Shown piece by piece: positions 1-11,184 of a stretch of 64,000 nt of DNA. The DNA lies in sequence record NZ_CP088995.1, one strand, 5' to 3'. Below the pieces are notes generated by a model. It made no database searches. It was not told where the DNA came from and worked only from the letters and a program-made list of their open reading frames with translations. The position numbers and the translations under genes are program-made. The stretch comes from a plasmid. Position 1 is the first letter of the stretch, and the number at the start of each line of letters is the position of its first letter.

Positions 1-1
1 G

Positions 2-1117
2 ACCGGTGACCGGATGCGCTTCACGAAGAGTGACCGGGAGCGTGGTTATGTGGCCAACAGCGTCTGGACGGTGACAGCGGTATCCGGTGACAGTGTCACG
101 CTGTCGGACGGACAGCAGACCCGGGTGATTCGCCCCGCCCAGGAGCAGGCAGAGCAACATATTGACCTGGCCTATGCCATCACCGCCCACGGTGCGCAGG
201 GTGCGAGTGAAACCTTTGCCATTGCGCTTGAAGGCACGGAAGGTAACCGGAAACTGATGGCCGGCTTTGAGTCAGCCTACGTGGCCCTGTCGCGTATGAA
301 GCAGCATGTGCAGGTGTACACCGATAACCGTCAGGGCTGGACGGATGCCATTAACAATGCCGTACAGAAAGGAACTGCCCACGATGTGCTGGAGCCGAAA
401 CCGGACCGGGAGGTCATGAATGCAGAGCGGCTGTTTAGTACGGCGCGGGAGCTGCGGGACGTGGCGGCAGGGCGTGCCGTTCTTCGTCAGGCGGGGCTTG
501 CCGGGGGAGACAGTCCTGCACGGTTTATTGCACCGGGGCGTAAATATCCACAGCCGTATGTGGCACTGCCGGCGTTTGACCGTAACGGCAAATCAGCCGG
601 TATCTGGCTGAACCCGCTGACCTCGGATGATGGAAACGGGCTGCGGGGATTCAGTGGTGAAGGCCGTGTGAAAGGCAGCGGGGATGCGCAGTTCGTGGCC
701 CTGCAGGGCAGCCGTAACGGAGAAAGCCTGCTGGCTGATAATATGCAGGATGGTGTCCGGATTGCCCGTGATAATCCTGACAGTGGTGTGGTGGTAAGAA
801 TCGCCGGTGAAGGCCGTCCGTGGAATCCCGGTGCCATCACCGGTGGCCGCGTGTGGGGGGATATCCCGGACAACAGCGTCCAGCCGGGAGCCGGAAATGG
901 CGAGCCGGTCACGGCAGAGGTACTGGCACAGCGGCAGGCTGAAGAGGCCATCCGCCGTGAAACGGAACGCCGTGCGGATGAAATTGTCCGTAAAATGGCA
1001 GAGAACAAACCTGACCTGCCGGATGGCAAAACAGAGCAGGCTGTCAGGGAGATTGCCGGGCAGGTGCGTGAGCGGGCTGCCATAACTGAACGGGAAACGG
1101 CACTGTTGCAAAGTTAG
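2..1117 (+). pseudogene. traI: TraI relaxase/helicase C-terminal portion entering from upstream of the window; 3' end truncated by IS26 (last 6 codons and stop come from the IS26 terminus)
   Basis: ORF 14..1117 is open to the window start in the same frame; composition typical of F-like TraI C-terminus; IS26 terminal repeat GGCACTGTTGCAAA starts at 1099 inside the ORF. Confidence 0.7.
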
Positions 1118-1918
1118 CGATGAGGCAGCCTTTTGTCTTATTCAAAGGCCTTACATTTCAAAAACTCTGCTTACCAGGCGCATTTCGCCCAGGGGATCAC
1201 CATAATAAAATGCTGAGGCCTGGCCTTTGCGTAGTGCACGCATCACCTCAATACCTTTGATGGTGGCGTAAGCCGTCTTCATGGATTTAAATCCCAGCGT
1301 GGCGCCGATTATCCGTTTCAGTTTGCCATGATCGCATTCAATCACGTTGTTCCGGTACTTAATCTGTCGGTGTTCAACGTCAGACGGGCACCGGCCTTCG
1401 CGTTTGAGCAGAGCAAGCGCGCGACCATAGGCGGGCGCTTTATCCGTGTTGATGAATCGCGGGATCTGCCACTTCTTCACGTTGTTGAGGATTTTACCCA
1501 GAAACCGGTATGCAGCTTTGCTGTTACGACGGGAGGAGAGATAAAAATCGACAGTGCGGCCCCGGCTGTCGACGGCCCGGTACAGATACGCCCAGCGGCC
1601 ATTGACCTTCACGTAGGTTTCATCCATGTGCCACGGGCAAAGATCGGAAGGGTTACGCCAGTACCAGCGCAGCCGTTTTTCCATTTCAGGCGCATAACGC
1701 TGAACCCAGCGGTAAATCGTGGAGTGATCGACATTCACTCCGCGTTCAGCCAGCATCTCCTGCAGCTCACGGTAACTGATGCCGTATTTGCAGTACCAGC
1801 GTACGGCCCACAGAATGATGTCACGCTGAAAATGCCGGCCTTTGAATGGGTTCATGTGCAGCTCCATCAGCAAAAGGGGATGATAAGTTTATCACCACCG
1901 ACTATTTGCAACAGTGCC
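1099..1918 (-). mobile_element. IS26: IS26 copy 1 (820 bp, 14-bp terminal IRs GGCACTGTTGCAAA at both ends)
   Basis: terminal IRs at 1099-1112 and 1905-1918; internal Tnp26 ORF; no flanking 8-bp target duplication. Confidence 0.95.
1151..1855 (-). CDS. tnpA: IS26 transposase Tnp26 (234 aa from MNPFKGRHF...)
   Basis: ORF 1151..1873 translation matches IS26/IS6-family DDE transposase; start assigned at the MNPFK methionine. Confidence 0.95.
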   Translation of the reverse strand: MNPFKGRHFQRDIILWAVRWYCKYGISYRELQEMLAERGVNVDHSTIYRWVQRYAPEMEKRLRWYWRNPSDLCPWHMDETYVKVNGRWAYLYRAVDSRGRTVDFYLSSRRNSKAAYRFLGKILNNVKKWQIPRFINTDKAPAYGRALALLKREGRCPSDVEHRQIKYRNNVIECDHGKLKRIIGATLGFKSMKTAYATIKGIEVMRALRKGQASAFYYGDPLGEMRLVSRVFEM

Positions 1919-2205
1919 CATTTGAGCATATGTGGAGTACATTAAAATCTGGCCGCTCATGGATGGGGCTAGTAAAAAATCGCTGTAAAAATGGCGACCA
2001 CTATTGGGTAAGTGCTTATGTAACGCCAATAGCTAAGAATGGTTCGATTGTTGAATACCAGTCTGTAAGGACCAAGCCTGAACCTGAGCAGGTTTTGGCT
2101 GCGGAAAAATTATATGCTCAATTGAGAAGCGGGAAGGCCGCGAGGCCGAAATTGGCTGCTAGCTTTTCCGTGAAAATACTCTTGCTCATATGGGGTAGTA
2201 TTATA
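1919..2205 (+). pseudogene. 287-bp internal fragment of an aerotaxis-receptor (Aer)-like PAS-domain gene trapped between two IS26 copies
   Basis: translation ...WMGLVKNRCKNGDHYWVSAYVTPIAKNGSIVEYQSVRTKP... aligns to the Aer PAS region (GIVKNRRKNGDHYWVRANAVPM...); no start or stop, flanked directly by IS26 ends. Confidence 0.6.
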
Positions 2206-3025
2206 GGCACTGTTGCAAATAGTCGGTGGTGATAAACTTATCATCCCCTTTTGCTGATGGAGCTGCACATGAACCCATTCAAAGGCCGGCATTTTCAGCG
2301 TGACATCATTCTGTGGGCCGTACGCTGGTACTGCAAATACGGCATCAGTTACCGTGAGCTGCAGGAGATGCTGGCTGAACGCGGAGTGAATGTCGATCAC
2401 TCCACGATTTACCGCTGGGTTCAGCGTTATGCGCCTGAAATGGAAAAACGGCTGCGCTGGTACTGGCGTAACCCTTCCGATCTTTGCCCGTGGCACATGG
2501 ATGAAACCTACGTGAAGGTCAATGGCCGCTGGGCGTATCTGTACCGGGCCGTCGACAGCCGGGGCCGCACTGTCGATTTTTATCTCTCCTCCCGTCGTAA
2601 CAGCAAAGCTGCATACCGGTTTCTGGGTAAAATCCTCAACAACGTGAAGAAGTGGCAGATCCCGCGATTCATCAACACGGATAAAGCGCCCGCCTATGGT
2701 CGCGCGCTTGCTCTGCTCAAACGCGAAGGCCGGTGCCCGTCTGACGTTGAACACCGACAGATTAAGTACCGGAACAACGTGATTGAATGCGATCATGGCA
2801 AACTGAAACGGATAATCGGCGCCACGCTGGGATTTAAATCCATGAAGACGGCTTACGCCACCATCAAAGGTATTGAGGTGATGCGTGCACTACGCAAAGG
2901 CCAGGCCTCAGCATTTTATTATGGTGATCCCCTGGGCGAAATGCGCCTGGTAAGCAGAGTTTTTGAAATGTAAGGCCTTTGAATAAGACAAAAGGCTGCC
3001 TCATCGCTAACTTTGCAACAGTGCC
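2206..3025 (+). mobile_element. IS26: IS26 copy 2 (820 bp)
   Basis: IRs at 2206-2219 and 3012-3025; Tnp26 ORF on plus strand. Confidence 0.95.
2269..2973 (+). CDS. tnpA: IS26 transposase Tnp26
   Basis: identical 240-aa ORF (2251..2973) to the other IS26 copies. Confidence 0.95.
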   Translation: MNPFKGRHFQRDIILWAVRWYCKYGISYRELQEMLAERGVNVDHSTIYRWVQRYAPEMEKRLRWYWRNPSDLCPWHMDETYVKVNGRWAYLYRAVDSRGRTVDFYLSSRRNSKAAYRFLGKILNNVKKWQIPRFINTDKAPAYGRALALLKREGRCPSDVEHRQIKYRNNVIECDHGKLKRIIGATLGFKSMKTAYATIKGIEVMRALRKGQASAFYYGDPLGEMRLVSRVFEM

Positions 3026-3381
3026 CGAGCCCCTGCAGGCAGGAGAGCGCGGTCAGATAGTGGCTGTGCAAGTGGACGATCGCCTTGCAGGCCGGGTTGT
3101 GCAAATAGACCGCCCGGTGAAAAGTGACCTCTTTCGACGGTTTGTCGCCGGAGATCCATTCCCCTTGCAGCGTCACCACCGACAACCGCTGAGCCTGCAG
3201 TTCGCCGAGGCAGGCGCCGGTCGGCGTCGCCAGCAGGTTGGTTGCCGTCCGGCAGCAGCAGCGACAGATTGCCAGCGGAGCCGGTGGCATAGCCGCGGCT
3301 AAACAACGAGGCGCCAATCTGCACCATTTCCTCTCGCAGTTGTTGCTCAGTCATGACGAAACTCCTGCTGGGCACGGGCAA
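3026..3381 (-). pseudogene. ygbL: 5' fragment of ygbL/otnC-like class II aldolase (3-oxo-tetronate 4-phosphate decarboxylase family), frameshifted near 3245 and cut by IS26 at 3025
   Basis: N-terminus MTEQQLREEMVQIGASLFSRGYATGSAGNLSLLLPDGN matches class II aldolase/YgbL; continuation found in a second frame (ORF 2919..3317) that runs into IS26. Confidence 0.6.
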
Positions 3382-4614
3382 AGAACTGGATATCGCCGAA
3401 GTTACCTGACTTCAGCGCCAGGGAGAGCGGCTGGCGGGTGTCACGCACCCAGGGCACGCCAGGGGAGATGGTCGGCCCAATATGGAACGCCTCAACCCCC
3501 AGGGTCTGCGCCACAATGCTCGACGTTTCCCCTCCGGCCACAATAAAGCGGGTAAATCCGTTCGCCTTCAGGGCGGCGGCAAGAGCGGCAAACAGCTGTT
3601 CCACCCGTTCGCTGCTGGCCTTGTCGCCATACTGCGCCTGGATCCGCTGCAGCGTTTGCGGCTCGGTGGTGGCATAGATCATCGGCGCCAGCGGCGCATC
3701 GCGCTGCGCGTCCACCCAGTCAGTCAGCGTCCTGACGTAGCTCTCCAGATCGGTAAAGCAGGCGCTTAAGTCGACGGCGCGGGCGGGGGCCTGTTGACGA
3801 TAGGCCGCCACCTGGCTGTTGGTCATCACCGAGCAGGAGCCCGAGAGCACCACCGCCGGACCGGCCAGCGGCATGCCGGCCTGAGCGCTTTCCCCCCTGG
3901 CGCCATGGCGCTGCGCCCAGTCGCGGGCGAGGCCGATGGCGAGGCCGGAACCGCCGGAGACCAGCTTCATCTCCCGCAGCGCCACGCCCTGGGTGAGCAG
4001 ATCCTGTTCGCTGAGGGCGTCGAGCACCACATAGCGCACCGCCGGATCGTTGACTGCCGCCAGCGCGGCGGCGACCGGGCGACAATCGGCCAGGCAATCA
4101 GCGCGGCTTTTCCGCGCCCTTGGCGCTCAATTAAGCGGCCCAGGTGCGCATCCTCCATCGGCGTCACCGGATGGTGGCGCATCCCGGACTCATTCAGCAG
4201 TTGCTCGCCGACGAACAGATATCCCTGATAGACCGTGCGGCCGTTAACCGGCAGCGCCGGGGAAATCACCGTCCGCGTCTCACCCAGCTCGGCCAGCAGG
4301 GCATCCAGCACCGGGCCAATGTTGCCCTGCGCGGTGCTGTCGAAAGTGGAACAGTACTTGAAATAAAACTGCTGACAGCCCTGGGCCTGCAGCCAGCGCA
4401 GGGCCGCCAGCGACTGGCTGACGGCCATTTCCGCCGGGCAGGAGCGGGTTTTCAGGCTGATGACCACCGCCTCGCTGGTCAGCGGAATATCGCGGGTCGG
4501 CACGCCATTCAGTTGCACCGTCGGCATGCCGTTGCGCACGAGGAAGCTGGCAATATCCGTGGCGCCGGTGAAGTCATCGGCAATGACACCAAGCTGCATG
4601 TTGTCTCTCCTCAC
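3347..4614 (-). pseudogene. ygbK: ygbK/otnK-like four-carbon acid sugar kinase split into two ORFs (3967..4614 N-terminal half, 3347..4039 C-terminal half) by an apparent frameshift near 4040-4100
   Basis: N-term QLGVIADDFTGATDIASFLV motif typical of YgbK/OtnK; two adjacent same-strand ORFs cover N and C halves. Confidence 0.6.
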
Positions 4615-4619
4615 TGTTT

Positions 4620-5511
4620 ATGGCCCGGCAGGGTGATGCCGTTGAAAATCTTGATCACCGCGCTGTCATCTTCCCGACCGAATCCGGCATTACTGGCGGA
4701 GGTGAACATATTCAGCGCGGTGGTAGCGAGCGGCAGCGGGAAGGTCAGCGCCCGGGCAGTGTCATTCACCAGCCCGAGATCTTTGACAAAAATATCGACA
4801 GCGGATTTTGGCGAGTAATCGCCATCCAGACGTGCTGCATGCGATTCTCAAACATCCGGAATTACCCGCCGCGTGGGTGACCACGTCATACATCGTCTCC
4901 AGTGGGATCCCGGCGCGGGCGGCAAGCGCCATCGCTTCGGCGGCAACGGCGATGTGCACCCCGGCCAGCAGCTGATGGATAATTTTTACCGTCGAGCCAA
5001 GACCAATGTCGCTCCCGATGCGGTAGACTTTGCCGGCCACGGCGTCCAGCACCGGCGCGAGTCGGGCAAAGGCGGCATCGCTCCCGGAGGCCATCACCGT
5101 CATGTCGCCGGCGGCCGCTTTCACGGCGCCGCCCGATACCGGCGCGTCGAGCATCAATAGCTGGTACTCCGCCAGCGCCTCGGCAATGGCCTGAGCATCG
5201 GCGGAGGCGATGGTGGACGACACCATCACGACGGTGCCCGGCTTCAGATGGGCGGCGAGGCCGCTCTCGCCGAACAGGATCCCCCGCACCTGGGCGGCAT
5301 TGACCACCAGCAGCACAACTGCATCCAGTTCCGCGGCGAACGGCACCGCGCTGGGGCCCGCGCCTTTGGCGCCCGCCGCCAGCAGTGCGCGACAGTTGTC
5401 GGGATTGATGTCAACGCCCCAGGTGTTCAGGCCCGCCTGCAGGCAGGCGCGGGCGGCGCCCATGCCCATTGAACCCAGTCCAATCACGCAGACGTTAGTG
5501 TGTGCAGCCAT
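4620..5511 (-). pseudogene. ygbJ: ygbJ/ltnD-like NAD-dependent 3-hydroxyisobutyrate-dehydrogenase-family enzyme; C-terminal 50 codons out of frame (apparent frameshift near 4860)
   Basis: ORF 4762..5511 has Rossmann GLGSMG motif and HIBADH-family body; reading frame degenerates after ...HAAGNS. Confidence 0.6.
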
Positions 5512-5772
5512 GCTGGTCTCCTTGTGAACATTAGTTAATTAATGTGATTTAATGATAGAATAAAGCGTTATCATGTGAATTTATGTGAGAGTTATCACGA
5601 ATAACCCACATGAATATAAAAAATTCACAGGCGGAAAGAGGCTGCACAGCGGCGATTCTTGCCCTAAAATAGCGTAAAAAACAGCGGCAAAGCGCGATAA
5701 CAACACCGGGTGTCGCCAGGGCCGTAGCCTGGGTGGTGACGCCTGGTGTGAAAAAATGGTAAGGGGAGAGCG

Positions 5773-6534
5773 GTGATTCCAATAGAACGACATCAGCGTA
5801 TTTTAGCCCTGGTGGAGCAGCGTGGGGCGGTAAGCATTAACGAGCTGACGGAGATCCTCGGCGTGTCCCATATGACCATCCGTCGGGACGTCAGTAAACT
5901 GGAGGAGCAGGGGCTGCTGGTCAGCGTCTCGGGCGGCGTACGCGCCGTCAGCCGGCTGGCCGCGGAACCCAGTCATCTGGTGAAAAGCACGCTGCAGAGT
6001 GAGGAGAAACAGGCGATCGGCGCGCTGGCGGCGAGTCATATCGCTAAAAACAGTTGCATCTATCTGGATGCCGGGACTACCACCCTGGCGCTGGCGCGGG
6101 CGATCCTCGACCGGAACGATCTCCAGGTGGTCACCAATGATTTTGAGATAACCCAGCTGCTGATCGATGCCAGCCAGTGCGGCGTGATCCACACCGGCGG
6201 CACTCTGTGCCGGGAGAACCGCTCCTGCGTGGGCGAATCGGCGGCGCGTACGTTACGCCACCTGGCTATCGATACGGCCTTTATCTCCGCCAGCGGCTGG
6301 GACAGTCGCGGGATATTCACCCCTGATGAGAACAAGGTTACCGTCAAGGAGACCGTCAGCCAGGTCAGCGCGAGAAGCATCCTGCTGTGCGACAGTTCGA
6401 AATACAATCAGGTGGCCACGTTTATGGCGTTACCTTTGACCCGGTTCACCACCATCATTACCGACCGGCATCTTTCCGATGCCGCCGCCAGTCATATCGC
6501 CCGGCACGCCTGCGAGGTGCTGCGGGCCGGATAA
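5773..6534 (+). CDS. ygbI: DeoR-family transcriptional regulator (YgbI-like), GTG start
   Basis: 253-aa ORF with N-terminal HTH (SINELTEILGVSHMTIRRDV) and DeoR C-terminal sugar-binding domain; divergent from ygbJ. Confidence 0.8.
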   Translation: MIPIERHQRILALVEQRGAVSINELTEILGVSHMTIRRDVSKLEEQGLLVSVSGGVRAVSRLAAEPSHLVKSTLQSEEKQAIGALAASHIAKNSCIYLDAGTTTLALARAILDRNDLQVVTNDFEITQLLIDASQCGVIHTGGTLCRENRSCVGESAARTLRHLAIDTAFISASGWDSRGIFTPDENKVTVKETVSQVSARSILLCDSSKYNQVATFMALPLTRFTTIITDRHLSDAAASHIARHACEVLRAG

Positions 6535-6554
6535 CGCGCGCGGCCACCGCCGGC

Positions 6555-7415
6555 TTAGCGTTGCCAGTGCTCGATCAGCGCCGCGCCGATCCCGGCGATT
6601 TGCTGATTTCGCTCGGCCATGCTCGCCGGCGTATCCCGCAGATAAATCACCACAATGCGCTCTGCTTTGTTATTCGGGCCAAGCAGGGCGACAATCCCGC
6701 GCGCACCCCGCTTGCTAGCTCCGGTCTTATCGGCGATAAACCAGCCCGCCGGCAGCACGGAGCGGATCAACGGTCCGGCGACCCGATCGTCCACCATCCA
6801 CTGCAGCAGCTGCCGTTGCGAACGGGCGCTCAGACGCTGGCTGGTCAGCAGCTTGCGCAGGGTCGCGGCCATGCTGGCCGGGGTAGTGGTGTCGCGGGCG
6901 TCGCCGGGAAGCGCCTCATTCAGTTCCGTTTCCCAGCGGTCAAGGCGGGTGACGTTGTCGCCGATCTGGCGCAAAAAGGCAGTCAATCCTGCGGGGCCGC
7001 CGACGGTGGCCAGCAGCAGATTGGCGGCGCTGTTATCGCTCATGGTAATGGCGGCGGCGCAGAGTTCGCCGACCGTCATGCCGTCGGCAAGGTGTTTTTC
7101 GCTGACCGGCGAGTAGTCCACCAGATCCTGCTGGCGATAGTGGATCTTTCGCTCCAGCTGTTCGTCACCGGCATCCACCCGCGCCAGCACTGCGCCGCAG
7201 AGCACTACTTTAAAGGTGCTCATCATGGGAAAGCGTTCATCGGCGCGCCAGGCGGTCAGCGTGCGGCCGCTGGCCAGATCCATTTCTATCATGCCTACGC
7301 GGCCCGACAGCTGGCTTTCGCTTTGTTTAATTTGCTCAAGCGGCTGCGGGCTGGCGTGTACCGCCAGCGGCAGGGTGGCTAACAGGGAGATAATACACAG
7401 GCGAATATAACGCAT
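6555..7415 (-). CDS. blaSHV-12: SHV extended-spectrum beta-lactamase with L35Q, G238S and E240K: SHV-12
   Basis: 286-aa translation from [21 protein letters not shown] matches SHV; IKQSESQ (Q35) and [11 protein letters not shown] (S238, K240) seen directly in the translation. Confidence 0.9.
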   Translation of the reverse strand: MRYIRLCIISLLATLPLAVHASPQPLEQIKQSESQLSGRVGMIEMDLASGRTLTAWRADERFPMMSTFKVVLCGAVLARVDAGDEQLERKIHYRQQDLVDYSPVSEKHLADGMTVGELCAAAITMSDNSAANLLLATVGGPAGLTAFLRQIGDNVTRLDRWETELNEALPGDARDTTTPASMAATLRKLLTSQRLSARSQRQLLQWMVDDRVAGPLIRSVLPAGWFIADKTGASKRGARGIVALLGPNNKAERIVVIYLRDTPASMAERNQQIAGIGAALIEHWQR

Positions 7416-7488
7416 AACCACAATACATCCTTGAGTGAAGGCCGATAAAGGCGAGTAAAGAAGCGACAAATAAGAATAACCCGGCGTT

Positions 7489-7621
7489 GGCACTGTTGCA
7501 AATAGTCGGTGGTGATAAACTTATCATCCCCTTTTGCTGATGGAGCTGCACATGAACCCATTCAAAGGCCGGCATTTTCAGCGTGACATCATTCTGTGGG
7601 CCGTACGCTGGTACTGCAAAT
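7489..7621 (+). mobile_element. IS26: 133-bp left-end remnant of IS26 (IR plus first 85 codons region of tnpA), truncated by the Tn1721-family IR
   Basis: GGCACTGTTGCAAATAGTCGG... identical to IS26 left end up to ...GGTACTGCAAATA, then the 38-bp Tn1721-type IR begins at 7622. Confidence 0.9.
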
Positions 7622-7659
7622 AGGGGAGCCCGCAGAATTCGGAAAAAATCGTACGCTAA
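7622..7659 (+). repeat. 38-bp terminal inverted repeat (tnpA-proximal) of the Tn1721-family element
   Basis: sequence GGGGAGCCCGCAGAATTCGGAAAAAATCGTACGCTAAG. Confidence 0.9.
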
Positions 7660-10620
7660 GGTTTTCCGGGCATCCGTAAGGGCCGAAACTTCCCGTCTTC
7701 CAGTCTGCGGCTCTGCCGCCAGACGTAATCGCCGGTTAGGTTGATGTGCTCCCAGCCCAGCGGCGACAGGAATTGCAGCAGCTCGCCGTCCACCGGCTTG
7801 CCGGCCTCGACCAACCCCTGGGTGGCGCGTTCCAGGTACACCGTGTTCCACAGCACGATAGCCGCCGTCACCAGGTTGAGGCCGCTGGCCCGGTAGCGCT
7901 GCTGCTCGAAGCTCCGATCCCTGATTTCCCCAAGGCGGTTGAAGAACACCGCCCTGGCCAGCGAGTTGCGCGCCTCACCTTTGTTCAGGCCGGCATGCAC
8001 GCGGCGGCGCAGTTCAACACTTTGCAGCCAGTCCAGATGAACAGCGTGCGCTCGATCCGGCCCAGCTCGCGCAGGGCCACGGCCAGTCCGTTCTGGCGCG
8101 GGTAGCTGCCGAGCTTGCGCAGCATCAGCGAGGCGGTGACGGTGCCCTGCTTGATCGAGCTGGCCAGGCGCAGGATGTCGTCCCAGTGGGCACGCACGTG
8201 CTTGATGTTCAGGGTGCCGCCGATCAGCGGGCGCAACGTCGGGTAGGCTTGCACGCCCTGCGGCACGTACAGCTTGGTTTCGCCGAGGTCGCGGATGCGC
8301 GGCGCGAAGCGGAAGCCTAGCAGGTGCATCAGGGCAAAGACGTGATCGGTGAAGCCGGCCGTGTCGGTGTAGTGCTCCTCGATCCGCAGGTCGGACTCGT
8401 GGTACAGCAGGCCGTCGAGCACATAGGTGGAATCGCGGACGCCGACATTCACCACGCGGGTGCTGAACGGCGCGTACTGGTCGGAGATATGGGTATAGAA
8501 CAGCCGTCCCGGCTCGCTACCGTACTTCGGGTTGACGTGCCCGGTGCTCTCGCCCCGGCCACCCGCGCGGAAGCGCTGGCCATCGGAGGATGAGGTCGTG
8601 CCGTCGCCCCAGTGGGCGGCAAAGGCGTGGCGATACTGGTGGTTGACCAGCTCGGCCAAGGCCGCCGAATAGGTTTCGTCGCGGATGTGCCAGGCTTGCA
8701 GCCGGGACAGCTTGGCGTAGGTCAGGCCGGGGCTCGACTCGGCCATCTTGGTCAGCCCGAGGTTGATCGCATCACCGAGGATTGCGGACAGCAGCAACGT
8801 CCTGTCTTTGGCCTCGGCCCCGTCCTTCAAGTGGGTGAAGTGGCGGCTGAAGCCCGTCCAGTCGTCCACGTCCATCAGCAGTTCGGTGATCTTGATGCGC
8901 GGCAGTAACTGGCTGGTTTGGTCGATCAGCGCCTGCGCCCGATCCGGCACCGCCGCATCCAGCGGGGTGATTTTCAGCCCTGACTCGGTGAGGATGGCAT
9001 CGGGCAGCTCGTTGTCCTTGGCCAGGCGGGTGACGGTGGCCAACTGCTCGTCCAGCAGCTGCAAACGCTCTTCCGGTACTGGTCGCTGTTCGGGTTGATC
9101 GCCAGGGGCAGGGCCTGCTCGCGCTTGAGTGCGGCGAACTTCTCGGCCGGCAGCAGGTAGTCGTCGAAGTCGCGGAACTGCCGCGAGCCCTTGACCCAGA
9201 TGTCGCCGGAGCGCAGGGCGTTCTTCAGCTCGGACAGGGCGCAGATTTCGTAGAATTTCCGGTCGAGGCCTTCCGGGGTGATCACCAGCGGCTTCCAGCG
9301 CGGCTTGATGAAGGCCGTGGGTGCATCGGCCGGCACCTTGCGCAGGTTGTCGGCGTTCATCTCACGCAGGGTCTGCACGGCTGCCAGCACGCCTTGCGCG
9401 GCCGGCGCGGCGCGCAGTTCCAGCACCTCCAGCAAGGCCGGCGTGTAACGGCGCAGGGTGGCGAAGTTCTCGCCGACCAGGTGCAGGTGGTCGAAGCCTT
9501 CCGGCCGGGCCAGCAGCTCGGCCTCGCTGACGCTCTCGGTGAACTCGTCCCAGGGAATCACCGCCTCGATGGCGGCATAGGGGTCGCTGCCGCTTTCCTT
9601 CGCTTCCAGCAGCGCCTGGCCGATCCTGGAGTACAGGCGCACCTTGTCGTTGATCGCCTTGCCCTGCTTCTGGAACTGCTGCTGATGCTTGTGCTTCGCG
9701 CCGCTGAACAGCTTGACCAGGATGCGGTCATGCAGATCGACCAGCTCATCGATCACGGTCGCGGTGCTCTCCAGCACCACGGCGGCCAGGGTCGCGTAGC
9801 GGCGCTGCGGCTCGAACTTACCGAGGTCTTTGGGCGTCATCTGCCCACCCTCGCGGGCCAGCTTGAGCAGGCGGTTCTGGTGGATGTGCCGGCCCAGGCC
9901 TTCGGGCAAGTCCACCAACTGAAATGTCTTCAGCCGCTCGATGTGTTCCAGCATGTGCCGAGAGTTGGGTTTCAGCGGTGCCTGGCGCAGCCAGGTCAAC
10001 CAGGTGATGCTGCTGCCGGCCTTGAGCTTCAACAGCTCGTCCAGCTTGGCCCGATGCGAGTCCGTGAGTGGTTCGACCAGGGCGCGGTAGACCCGCCGAT
10101 TGGCTCGCGCAATGGCTTCCGAGCAGGCCCGGTCAATCACGCTCAGCGCCGGCAGGATGCGTCGTTTCTGCCGTAGGCTCTCCAGGGCCTGACCGGCCAG
10201 CAGCAAGCCTTTGTCGGTCTGCTGGGCCAGCTCGGTTAGCTCGCGCACCAGGGCGCGGAAGTCGGACAGGCCGAACGGGGCCAGTTGCAGGTAGGTGCGC
10301 AGTTCCTGGGCATGCTCGCGACGGGTCACGTCGCGCTCGCCGTACTTTGCCCAGCTCGCCGGCTCGGCCTGGACTTGCTTCGCCACCCACAGGATGACCG
10401 GCTCGGGCAGCTCGCTGTCGGTTCCCAGCGCGTAACCGGGGTAGCGCAGCAGGCAGAGCTGCACGGCGAAGCCGAGGCGGTTGGCGTCGCCGCGTCGCTG
10501 GCGGATCAGCGACAGGTCGGAGTCGTTGAAGGTGTAGTAGCGGATCAGGTCATCCTGGCTTTCCGGCAGCGCAAGCAGGGTGTCCCGCTCCGTGGCCGAG
10601 AGGATCAAGCGACGCGGCAT
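7656..10620 (-). pseudogene. tnpA: Tn3-family transposase TnpA (about 988 aa) present as three consecutive ORFs (7656..8000, 7985..9064, 8974..10620); two apparent frameshifts
   Basis: three same-strand overlapping ORFs whose products form the N-terminal, middle and C-terminal parts of a Tn1721-type TnpA. Confidence 0.8.
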
Positions 10621-10623
10621 GTG

Positions 10624-11184
10624 TCAGTCGTCCGTGCGGAGGTACTGGTAGAGGGTTTCCCGGCTGATGTTGAACTCGCGGGCAAGCTGCGCCTTGGGCT
10701 CGCCGGCCGTCGCTCGCTGCCGCAGGGTAGCAGCCTGCTCATCGGACAGGGCTTTCTTGCGGCCCCGGTACGCGCCACGCTGCTTGGCCAAGGCGATGCC
10801 CTCACGCTGCCGCTCGCGGATCAGGGCGCGCTCGAACTCAGCGAAGGCCCCCATCACCGACAGCATCAGGTTGGCCATCGGCGAGTCCTCGCCAGTGAAC
10901 ACCAGGCCCTCCTTCAGGAACTCGATGCGCACGCCGCGCTGAGTCAGCTTCTGTACCAAGCGACGCAGGTCATCGAGGTTGCGGGCCAGCCGATCCATGC
11001 TGTGCACCACCACTGTATCGCCTTCGCGGACGAAGCTCAGCAGCGCTTCGAGCTGGGGGCGCTGGGTGTCCTTGCCCGATGCCTTGTCGGTGAACACCTT
11101 GCTCACCTGGGTTTGTTCCAGCTGGCGTTCCGGGTTCTGGTCAAAGCTGCTGACCCGGACGTAGCCGATGCGGTGCCCCTGCAC
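10624..11184 (-). CDS. tnpR: Serine resolvase TnpR (186 aa)
   Basis: MQGHRIGYVRVSSFDQNPERQ... N-terminal catalytic serine motif and C-terminal HTH; matches Tn1721 TnpR. Confidence 0.9.
   Translation of the reverse strand: MQGHRIGYVRVSSFDQNPERQLEQTQVSKVFTDKASGKDTQRPQLEALLSFVREGDTVVVHSMDRLARNLDDLRRLVQKLTQRGVRIEFLKEGLVFTGEDSPMANLMLSVMGAFAEFERALIRERQREGIALAKQRGAYRGRKKALSDEQAATLRQRATAGEPKAQLAREFNISRETLYQYLRTDD

Noticed and set aside
1328-1945. 205-228-aa ORFs antisense to each IS26 transposase (also 2110..2796 and 18351..18956)
   Set aside because: Antisense frames within a well-characterised transposase gene are a known artefact. They are identical in all copies because the IS is identical.
3720-4228. 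Arg/Gly-rich ORFs overlapping ygbK on both strands
   Set aside because: These are artefacts of high GC content within a recognisable ygbK-like gene.
6387-7382. 331-aa plus-strand ORF overlapping blaSHV
   Set aside because: It is antisense to an unambiguous beta-lactamase gene, and its product is GC-driven low-complexity sequence.
8324-10176. Plus-strand ORFs (e.g. 9394..10176, 10285..11340) inside the Tn1721-type tnpA/tnpR
   Set aside because: These are antisense GC-rich frames. The minus-strand tnpA and tnpR are strongly supported by homology.
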